Assembly (NCBI GenBank): GCA_963765205.1
Contig: CAVXVB010000007.1
Span: forward strand, 160,001-224,000
Source of the DNA: an uncultured Verrucomicrobiae bacterium
GTDB lineage: Bacteria > Verrucomicrobiota > Verrucomicrobiia > Opitutales > JABDGR01
Direction: 5' to 3'
DNA length: 64,000 nt
Numbering within the stretch: position 1 is the first letter of the stretch; every line of letters starts with the position of its first letter. Below, in pieces: positions 46,701-58,700 of this stretch. A program made the translations under genes and the position numbers. Under the pieces are notes generated by a model, which was given only the letters and a program-made list of their open reading frames with translations, did not search any database and was not told where the DNA came from.

Positions 46701-49700
46701 ACACGCTGACGATCGGCAATGCCACGAGCATCGTCTATACGGCGAAACCCGGGGTTTCGAGCGGCAACCTGTATGTCGCCTACGTCAACCCCGGCCCGAA
46801 CAATCCGACGGCGAATGTGACGGTGGCGCCCAACCCGGCGAACACCACGCAGACCAACGTCACCATCAATCTGGCGACGAACTCGAATGGTTCGATCATC
46901 AGCACCGCCTCGCAGATCTTGAATTTGATCAATTCGAACCTCACGGCCAATTCGGATCTGACGGTGGCCTTGGGCAGCGTCTACAACGACCCGAACGCCT
47001 ATTTGGGCGCGGTTGGGCCGGCCAACATCAACACGGGGGCGGGGCAGACCCAGTTCTTTGAGGGCGGCTTGGTGGGGTCGGGCAATCTGGCCCTGTCCGG
47101 CAATGGCACATTGTTCATGCAAGGCGGCAGCGTGGGCAGCAATGCGACGACCAGCTTCACGGGCAACTACTTTGTCGGCAATGGCTCGACCTTGGACATC
47201 AGCTCCAACACCTCGCTCGGCGCGAACCCCGGCGCGCTGGTCAATTACCTCAACATGGTGAATGGCTCGACGCTGGAAACCACGGGGAACACAACGCTGG
47301 CCGGGAACCAGAGCTTCAACGTTCTCAACGGCGCCAATGTCACGATTGACACGATTGGCAACGCCTCGAACCTCACGATCACCTATTGGGCGGGCAACGG
47401 CAACATCATCAAGACCGGGTCGGGCAATTTGACGTCCGCCATCGGCGGCAATGAAGGCACGACCGCAAACACGTCCTCCTTCTCCGGCAACATCATTGTG
47501 CAGCAGGGCTTCCTGATTTCGCCGAACTCCTCCGCCGCGCCCTTCGGCTCGCCGAACGTGAACGTCGTGCTGGAAGGCGCGGGCGGCGGCTTGTGGTATA
47601 ACGGCAGCGGCCAGACCTACGCCAACAACATCATCCTGGAGCCGAACCCGAACGGCGGCAGCAATTTCTCGACGATCATTCCCGTGAACTTCGCGAACAA
47701 CGGCACCACGGCGACGACGAACAACAACATCAACTCCGTCGTCTCGAGGACCAACAGCTCGGTGGTGCTGGAAGTTCTGTTCCCGACGGCGAACAACCTC
47801 ATCTCCTTTGAAGCAGGCACCAACTTTGTCGGCTACAACGGCACGGTGCTCTTCTCGGTCAGCTCGGGGAACGCCGGGGAAATCCGCCTCTTCTCCACGG
47901 TGGAGAGCGGCGGGCAGATTGCGAACGCCGGCAACGGCAGCATCACGGGCGTCCCGGCGGGGGTCACGATGAATTTCACCACGGGCTTGCTGAGCAACGG
48001 CGCGATCCCCCAGTTTACCAACGCCCCTCTTTCCCCGTCGGCGATTTATGATTTTGGCAACGCCACCCTGCTGCCCGGCGGCGCCGGCTTCACTTTGATC
48101 GAGCGCGATGCCTCGACGCAGGGGCACTTCGACGAAGCCACCATCTACATGGGGGACCTGAACGGCGGCACTTCCGCAACCACCATTGGCGATCCCAATG
48201 GGACCGCCGAGCCCGGCTTCCTGGTGACGGGAATGCTCAATCTCAACAGCACTTGGAATGGCGTCATCGAAGACGCGGGGGGCGGCAACGGCTACAACAT
48301 CACCAAAACGGGCACCGGCACCTGGACGTGGACGAACTCGCAGCTCAATTCGGGGCTGACGACGATCCAGGGGGGCACGCTGCAAATCGGCAACGGCGGC
48401 CTGACCGGCGCGCTGGGCTTCAATGCCACGAGCGCCAATGTTTACAGCACGGTGCTGGACAACGCGAACCTCAGCTTTGACTACGGCGGCAACCAGAATG
48501 TGCAGAATCCGATCACCGGCCCCGGCACGGTGCAGCAGATCGGCACCGGCATCCTGACGCTCAACGGCAACAACACCTACACCGGCACGACGATCATGAC
48601 CACGGGCACGATTCAGACGAGCTTGATTGCCAACGCCTATGTGCCCAGCCCCATTGGCGCCAGCTCGACGCTGACCGCCGGCCTCCTCTTCAACGGCGGC
48701 ACGTTGCAATACGTGGGCAATGGCACCACCAGCGACCGCCTCTTCACCATTTCGCCGAACGGCGGCTTCTTCGACGCCTCGGGTGTCAGCGGCAATTTGA
48801 CGGGCAATGTGACGAACGGCACCATTTCGATCTTGTCGGGCGGCACGGCGGCCGGCGGCGGCGCACCGGCGGCCCTGGCCACCAACACGACCAGCTTCGC
48901 GGGTGAGACGCTGTATTACACGGGCGCAGCGGCCGGCACGGCGGACAACGGCGTGGCCATCTCCTATGTGCAAGGGACTGGCGCGAACACGACGGTGGGG
49001 GTGAGCGGCAGCAACATCACGGTGACCTTGAAGGCCGGCGGCGACACGGGCAATGACGTGGCGGCGGCCATCAACAGCAACCCGCAGGCGAACGCGCTGG
49101 TCTATGCCTATAGCGGCGCGCTGGTCATGACCAACCCCGGCAATATCGGCGTCAGCGGGCTGGGCGTGGCGGAGAACCTGACGCTGACGGGCAATGGCAC
49201 CGGCGACATGTATCCCAACATTGTGGATGACGGCGCGGGCCAGACCTCGATCTTCAAGACCGGCACCGGCACGTGGACGCTGGACGGCAACCAGACCTAT
49301 TCCGGCCTGACCACGGTTTCCAACGGCATTCTCCAGATCAATGGGACCTTGGTGAACTCGAACGTCCTGGTCACGGGCAACGGCAACTTGAGCAACATCA
49401 ACAACAACGGCGTGATCAGCCAAAATGTGACGGTGCAGAACGGCGGCATGATCACCCCGGGCAACGGGGTGATCGGCATCCTGACGGCGGGCAACGTCAC
49501 CTTGAATGGCGGCGGCATTTTCAATGTGGAGGTCAATCCGGTCGGCGGCAACCTCACCTATGCGGGGACTTCGCTCAACACCAGCCTGCTCGAATTCACC
49601 CACAACCTGACGATTGCCGGCGGTAGTTTTGAATTTAGCGTGCTGGGCACCGGCGCGCCCTTCACGACGCCCGGCACCTATGCGATGTTCGAGCTGGGCC

Positions 49701-52700
49701 CCAACGCGACGATTGTCGGCGGCGCAGGCAGCTTCAACAACTTGAACTGGCAGGGCGCCCCGGTGGGCTTCACCTTCAGTCTGGCGCCGCTGGCCGGAGG
49801 GAATTCCGACATTTACGCGGCGACCGTGGCGTTTACGCCCAGCCAGGGTTTCTGGACGGCGAACACGACCTCGAGTGGCAATTGGAGCGTCAACGCCAAC
49901 TGGGATGGCAACAACAGCGTGGTGCCCAACGCGGCCGGCGCGCAAGCGGTGTTCCCGGCCATCCAATCCGGCCCTTACTCGGTGATTGTGGACGGCAACT
50001 TTACGATCGGCAACCTGACGCTCTCCGGGGCGAATGCCTACACCCTCAACACGGCCAATGGCACCCAGTCGCTGACGATGAACAACAGCGGCAACCAAGC
50101 GATCCTCTTCATCGCGGGGGGCAACCACACGGTCAATGTGCCGCTGGTTTTGGCGGCGAACATCGGCATGAATATTGATGCCGCCTCCGGCACGGGCGTG
50201 ACGTTGAACAGTCCCATTTCGGATGCGAACGGCACCGTCCACGGGAACATCACCCTGGGCGGCGCGGGCAACGTGAGCCTGTTTGGGAACAGCACTTACT
50301 CGGGCACGACGGCGCTGAACGCGGGCACGACAATCGTCAACAACGCGAACAGCCTGGGCGTGGGCGGCAATATTGTGCTGGGCGGCGGCTTGTTGGAATG
50401 GGCTTCCACGACCAATGGATTCGCGTCCAACGCCACGGGTGACATCTCGATGAATGGCAGCGTGAGCCGCAACATCACCATCGTGGGCGGCAATGCCACG
50501 TTTGACGTGCCGCCGGGCTGACGGTGACACTGGCGGGCAACATCGGCGATGGGTCCGTGGGCAACGTGACCATGACCGGCGGCGGCGTGCTGGCGCTGGG
50601 CGGCCTGAACGCGAGCAGTTCCAACGGCTACGTGGGCAACACAATTCTCAGCCAGGGCCTCATCCAGTTCTCGGCTTTGACGAACCTGGGCTTGGGCAAT
50701 ATCATCATGAATGGCGGCGGTTTGCAATGGGCGCCGGGAACGGCGACCGATGCGTCGCAGTTCAACATCTTCCTCACGGGCAATGGCATTTTCGACACGA
50801 ACGGCAATAATGTCACGCTGGCCAACCCGGTTGGCCGCGGCGGTTCCGGCAGTTTGACCAAGGTCGGCAACGGGGTATTGACCTTGGCGGCAGGGAGCAA
50901 CTCCGGCAACATCACGGGCAGCGTCATCCTTGACGCCGGCACCACGACGCTGGGCTTCGCGGGGAATACGACCAATAACGGCACCCTGACGACCACGGCG
51001 GTGATCCCCGGGACGACGGAGAATGGCGTCACCCTCAATTATATCGCCGGCAGCGGCAACACCACGACGGTCAGCAGCGTGGTGGGCACCGGCAATAGCA
51101 GCGTTGTCACGGTGACCCTGGCCGCCGGGGGCGACTCGACAACGGACATCGAGAATGCGATTCTCGCCAACAGCACCGCATCCCAGTTGGTGAGTGTGGG
51201 CGGCACCGGCAATGTGACGGGCGGCACGGTGACGCTGGGCAACGGCACGGGGATATTGAGCGGCATCGGCATCACGAATGACTTGCAATTGGGCACGGTG
51301 CCGACGACGTTCAACCCGATTTCGGTGATTTTGAACGGCGGCGCGCTGGTCGTCAACGGGAACGTCACCATTGCCGGCACGCGCGGGATCGCCCTCGGCA
51401 ATGGCTCGGCGGGGGTGTCCGGCGGCGCTTTTTACATTCCGGTCGGCGACGTGCTGACGGTTAACCCCATCATCAGCAACTACGGCAACAGCTCCGGCCA
51501 ATTGGTGATCGAAGGCGGCGGCTCATTTGTCGTCGGCACCAACGCCGCCAACGCTTACACCGGTGGCACGCTGCTGATTAATTCCATCATCAACCTCACC
51601 AACCTGGCCTCCAGCGACGTGGGCACGAGCGCCGCACTCAGCACCGGGACGATTGAAGTTAAAGGCACCTCGACGATCAATGCGGGCAATGGCATTCACG
51701 GTTTGAACAGCCAAAATCTGCAGATTGACCCCGGCGCGACCGTGACCTTGATCAGCGGCGGCAAACAATTCAGCGGGATCAACGTGACCGGCTCGGGCAA
51801 CTATGTTTTCGACGGCAGCAACGTCGTCGAATACACGGGCACGGCCGGGAGCTTCACCGGGAATGTGTTTCTTAACGGCGTATTCGAATGGGAGCCGCAA
51901 ACCGGCCAAGGCGGCAGTTTCACCAATGCCACCGTCTATCTCGATGCGGGCGTGCAATTCGCCCCGCGTGACAATGGCAACGGCACCGTCTGGAACATGG
52001 GCGCCTTGAACGCCGCGCCGGGCGCCAATCTTACCTCGGTCCTGGTCGCGTCCACCAATTCCGGGAATGTGACTTACAATATCGGCCTGCCGAACACGAC
52101 CTCGACATTCTCCGGCAACATCGAGAACTCCTTCGGCGCCAACATATCCTCGAACACGGGCAATGTCACCTCCATCAACATTGTCGCCGGCCGGTTCATC
52201 TTTGACGGCACGGACAGCGCCTTCCTCGGCACGACGACCATCAACCCGGGTGCGGTGCTGCAAATTGGCGACAATTCCGTCGCGGCGTTGGGCATGGGGA
52301 ACCATACGGCGGGCAACATGCACGACAACGGCTTGCTGGTGCTGGCCATGAACACCACGGGTAACATCACCGAGACGGCCATCCTGAGCATGAATGGCGG
52401 CGCCTCGAATGGGGCCGGGGTCACGGCCACGTCGGCGGGTCTGGCGTCCGACATCGAAGGCAACGGCAGCGTGCAGGACCTGATTGCCGGGAATTTGGTG
52501 ATGAACCAAAACAACGATTCCTACACCGGGTCCACCGAAATTGACGGCGGCACCATGAGTGTGGCGTTCCTGGCCAATGGGGGGCAGAACAGCGGCATCG
52601 GCGCCGGCAGCGCGAACGCCAGCAGTTTGGTGCTCAATGGGGGCACCCTCGCCTATACAGGCAGCTCGACCACGTCACCGGCCGGCGTCACGACGGATCG

Positions 52701-55700
52701 CCTCTTTACCATCGGCAATGCCACGAGTGACCTCGGCGGCGACATTGTGGCGGACGGCACGGGCGCCAATGGCGCGCTGAACTTCAGCTCGACGGGGAAC
52801 ATCGTGGCCACGGCCACGACGACTTCGCCGACGCTGAGCTTCGACGGCAATTTCGATGGCATCAACAACTTCGCGCCGACCATTACCGACGTGAACACGA
52901 CGGTTCCCACGAACGTCAGCATCGTGGGGAGCACCTCGTGGAACTTCAATGGCACCAACACCTACACGGGCGCGACGAATATTCTGAACGGCAATTTGGC
53001 GGTGACGGGGCCCTTCATGACCTCGAGCGTGGTGAACGTGAATGGCGGCAACCTGGTCTCCAACAGCACCATCCAGGGGACGGTCAACTTGATGAATGGC
53101 AACTTGATGCCGGGCTTTAATGTGGTGACGGACAGCACCGGCGGCCAGGCGCCCATCGGCGGCCCGCTGAATACGGGCGGCGTGCTCACGCCCAACAACT
53201 TGAACGTGAATGCGATGAATGTGACGGGTGGCATCATTGACATCACGTTCAATGGGGCGGGGGGGAACACCCAAATCAGAACCGTGGACATGTTCAATTC
53301 CATCAATGTCGGCGCCGCGAACGGCCTGACACTGGGGAATGGGACAACCTTCAACTTCTACACGTTCAACCCCAATGCCACGGTGAGCGTCAACCTGGGC
53401 ACGCCATGGTCCACCACCGGGTTCTACAACTTGTTCGAATACACGGGCACGGCGGGCGGCGTGTATGGCCTGAACCCGAACCTGCTGAATTCCTCGAACG
53501 TGCTCAATGCGGTCACGGGCGTGGATTACATCTTCGGCGAGAATCCGGTCACGGTCGGCAACATCACCGACAACTACTTCTATGTGGACATCACCACGCC
53601 GCCGGACAATTTCGACTGGACGGCCTCGGCCAGTGGCAATTGGAGCAATGCGGCCAACTGGAACTACGGAATTCCGGGCATTTCCGCGAACATTTCCGGC
53701 AACATCATCAACGGGGTGGGCGCGGTGGCGGAATTCGGGCCGTTCAACATTCTGGCGCAGGGCGCGAACGCGACCAACGTTACGCTGGATGTCAACCCGC
53801 ACATTAGCGGCCTGCTGTTCACCAGCGGTACGCCCTATGACATCGTGGGGACCACGGGCAATATCCTGACCTTCAGCAATGGCGGCACGAATGCGAGCAC
53901 GATCACGGACGCCAAGGGCAACAACACCGTCCAGGCGAACTCCGTGATGGACGCGGGCGGCATTCTGGTGGACGTGGCCCCGAATTTGACCCTCAGCCTC
54001 GCCGGCAATATCGGCCAGAGCAGCGGGACGGCGGCGGTGACCCAGCAAGACAGCGGCACGTTGGTGCTGTCCGGCCTCAACACCTTTGCGGGCGGCTTCA
54101 CCGTCAATAACGGCAACCTGGACCTGAATGCGGGCGGCAACAGCACGGCGTCGCCGCTGGGCACGGGCCTCTTCACGATTAACGGCAGCATCAACCTGGA
54201 CAACACCAGCGGGAGCCCGGTGACCATCGCCACCAACAATCCGGTCAAGATCAATGATTCCTTCAGCTTCACGGGCAGCAGCGACCTGAACCTGGGCACG
54301 GGCGCGGTGACCTTGAATACGACCACCCCGGTGATCACGCTGGTGGGTGCGAGCAATCTCACCTTCGGCGGTCCGATTGGCAGCAGCAGCGCGGCCAACT
54401 TGACCGTGACCGGCACGACGACGACGAGCGGCAACCTGGTGCTGAACGGCGCGAGCACCTTTGCCGGCAACCTAATCTTGACCAGTGGAAACCTGAACTT
54501 GGGTGGCAGCCTGGCCGCCAACTTGGTGGTAAGTGGTAACACGGATGTTATTACCCTCCCCGCCGGCACGCAGACCACCGGAGCGGCGACATTCACCGCG
54601 AACACGGCCACCATCGCGGGCAGCGGCAATTTCTCGCCGGCCAGCGTCACCATCAGCCCGTCGAACGCCACCAATGGCACCAGCAACACCACCATTTCCG
54701 CCAATATTGTCGGCAGCGGCTATGTGAACATGAACAGCGCGAACTCGACCCTCACGCTGAACGGCACCAACACGTTTAACGGCACGGGCTTGGCGGCGTC
54801 GAACACGACGAATGTCGCCGGTGACGCGCTGAGTTTCACGGCCGCCTCGCCCGGTTCGGCGGGCAATGTCATCACCATCCAATATACCGTGGGGAACAGC
54901 TCCGTCACGAACACGACGGTGACCAGCGTGAGCGGGAACACGATTATCGTGACGATGAAGAACGGGGGCGACACGGGGGCGGACGTGGCGGCGGCGATCC
55001 AGGGCAACTCGGCGGCTTCCGCCCTGGTCAACGTGGTCAATGTGGGCAGCGGCGTCCTGGCCCTCAGCAATGGTTCCCTCACCGGCGCCGGCAACTCGAC
55101 GCTGAGCGGCGGCGCCCTGGGAGTGGCGGCAACGAACACGACGCTATTTGATTCCAACGCGGGCAGTGTGGTTTATACCGGCACCTCGAACGGCACGGCG
55201 GACAATGGCGTCTCCATCGTTTATGTGACCGGTACGGGCGCGAACACGACGGTGAGCAGCGTGGTGGGCAATGTCATCACGGTGACGCTGGCGAATGGCG
55301 GCGACACGGTGGCGAATGTGACGGCGGCGATTGCGGCCAACGCCACGGCGGCCTCGTTGGTGAACTTGGGCACGAGCGGCAACAGCGGCGTGATTGCGGT
55401 GAACGGCACCTCGACCCTGGCGGGCGGCGGCACAAATGTGAATTTGGTCTCCGGCACCCTCAACGTGGGCAGCGCGGGCGCGTTGGGCAGCGGCCCGATC
55501 ACCATTATCGGCGGACACTTGGTCAACACCAGCGGCAGCGCGATAACGTCCCTGACCTCGAACAACGCCATCAACCTGAACGGCACCCTGACCTTCGGCG
55601 GTTCCACGAATCTCGATACCGGCACGGGCGCGGTGACGCTGCTCAATAACTCCGTGATCAACCAGGCGGGCACCTCGGTCAGCGTGCTGGAGTTGGACGG

Positions 55701-58700
55701 CAATATTTTGGGCAACGGCTTCACGTTGACGACGAATGGCACCGGGCGCTTGAATTTGGGCGGCACGTCCTACGTCTTCAACAACACCACCTTGAACGGG
55801 CCGGTATTGACTTTGGGCGGAGTGGTCAGCTTCACCAACAACGCGATTATTTCGGCCAACAACAGCGGCACGGGCGCCGCGGTTCGAGTCAATGGCACCG
55901 TGAGCATGGGCGGATCGAGCGCGCTCTCGACCAACGCCGAGGTGGACGTGGGCAATGGCACGGTCGGCGTGTTGACCTTCAATAGCACCGGTAACATCAA
56001 TGCCAATGACCTCTACGTTGGGGTAGGGAACACGGCCAATAGCAGCGTGAGCGCCACTGGCACGGTGAACCAGACCTCAGGTACAATAGACTTGAGCGGA
56101 ACCAACGGAACTTATGCCTTGATTCTGGGCAATGGCACCGGCGGCACCGGTTCCACCAGCAGCAGCTATGTGCTGGGCAACGGCACGGCCGGCAGCGCCA
56201 CGTTGATTGCGACCAACATTGGGCAGGGTGGCTCAGGCACCGGCACTTCGACACTCACGCTTAATGGCGGCGTCATCGTTCCGACGGGCAATTCGACGAA
56301 CTTTATCGCGGGCCTGACCAAGGCGCAGATCGGGCTGGGCGGCTTTACCCTGAATACGGCCGGCGACACAGTTACGCTCATGCAAAACCTGACTTCCGAC
56401 ACGGGGAATACGGGCGGGGCGACGGATGGCGGCTTCACCATCAACGGCGGCGGCGTTTTGGACCTGGGCTTTAATGCGACCACCGGGGTGGCGGTCACTG
56501 AATCTTATACGGGCAACACCAACATCAGCAACGCGACCGTGTTCCTGGGCAATGTGACGGACACCAGCGTGAGCATCACGGGCGGCAATGTGGTGGTGGG
56601 GGCCAATGGCACCTTGGACACGGCGAGCAAGAGCCTGACCGTCCCCGTCTTCGTCAACAATGGCGGCGTGCTGAAAGTGGAGGCGAACTCGATCACGACC
56701 GACGCGAGCATCACGATCGCCAATGGCGGCAAGCTGATCAGCAACGGCGGCGGCGCGACCCTCAATTCGGCGGTGACGATAAGTTCGGGCGCGACGTTCC
56801 AGCCCGGTGTTCCCACCGGCAACGGCATCACCACCATCAATGGTTCCTTGAGCCTGGCCGCCGGCGCGCTGGTGCCGATTTACTTCGACACATCCGCCCC
56901 CGCCAACCCCGACAAAATCGTCCTGACGGGAACCGGGTTCACCAATTTCAGCGGCAACCTGGTGGATTTCGACCTGTATCAGAGCAATGGCGACCAATTC
57001 TTGAGCACAAACGGCACCGCCAACTACACCTTGATCACCTCCGTGGGCGGGGTGGGCAATGTGTCGAACTTCGTTTGGGCGAACGCACCCACGTTCGGCA
57101 ACTTCTCGGACAGCTTCAGCATCGTCAACGGCGACAATGTGCAGATTTCGATCACCAGCAGCCTGGCGCCGAACCAGTGGATTCTCGCGACGGGCGGCTC
57201 CTGGGGCAATGCGACGGCTTGGAGCTTTGTGACACCGAGCTCGAACGAGACGGTGCTGCCGCCGAATGGCGCGGGCGCCAACTTCACCGTGACGCTGGCC
57301 GATGGCTTTATCTCCAGCCCGAGCACCATCACACTGGACGGCAACCGGACGGTGGGCGGGATCAATTTCCTGAGCACGGTGCCCTTCACCATCGCCGCGG
57401 GGAACGCGACCACGAACACGCTGACGTTCGACGACGGCAGCGGGATCGCCGCGACGTTGCTGGTGCCGCAAGGCAATGACACCATTAGCGCGCTGGTGGC
57501 GCTGACCAGCAACAGCGTGCTGTCCGCCAATATCAACACCGGCTCGACCCTGACCCTGAGCGGCGGGGTGCTCAAGGCGGCCTCGGGCACGGACAAGGGC
57601 ATTACCGTGATTGGCACGGGCACCTTGATTCTCTCGGGCAACGACACCTATGTGGGCAACACGACCATCAACGCGGGCACGCTGGTGCTCTCGGGTAATG
57701 ACACCGCGACCACCGGTGACGCCATCCTGAATGCAGGCAACCTCGACATCAACAATGCGACGGCGCTGGGCACCGGCCCGGTCATCATCAACGGCGGCGC
57801 GATTGACAACACGAGCGGCGCGAACCTGACGCTCACGGGAACCAACACCTTCACGATTAACAACAGCTTCGAGTTTATCGGGTCGGGGAATCTCGTGTTG
57901 GGCACCGGCAATGACACAATCACGCAGTCGGTCAGCCTGGACGTAAATGCCGACAGCCTGACTTTGACCGGCAATCTGCTCGACAGCACGTCCGGCTCTT
58001 CGCTCTTTAACAAGACGGGCAACGGCACCCTGATCTTGAAGGCGGCCTCCTCCAATATTTCGACGATTGAGATTAGCGCGGGCACGGTGATCCTCTCCGG
58101 CGGCGCCAACCGCCTGACGACTTCGACCTCTTCCAGTTTGGAATTGGGCAACGGCGCAACGGGCAGCGGGCTTTTGATCCTGGGTGACAACAATGGGGTT
58201 GCGAACCAGACGCTGACCAGCCTGGTGGTCGAGGGCAACGGCACCGCCAATGCGATTGAGGGCGGCGCCGCCACCGCGTCCCTCCTGACGATCAACCTTG
58301 CGAGCAATACGACGACGGACACCTACTCGGGCCTGCTGGGGTTGGGTAACGGCAACTTCACCGTCACCGCGGCGAACGAGCTGGCGCTGACCAAGATTGG
58401 CAACGGCACGCTGGTGTTGACCGGCAACAACAGCTACCTGGGCAACACGACGGTCAGCAAGGGCATCCTGGTGATCAGCTCGGACAGCAACTTGGGTGCG
58501 CCAACGTCGGTCCTGGTGATGGGCAACAATACCGCCCCGACGAGCAACACGCCCACGCTGGAACTCGCGTCCAACAACTCGATGACGAGCAACCGCCAGT
58601 TTGCGTTCAACAGCACCGTTGCCAACCTCACGGTGGAGGCCAACTCGACGCTGACCTTGGGCGCCAACGCAAGCATCACCTCCAACAACACCGGGGACGG

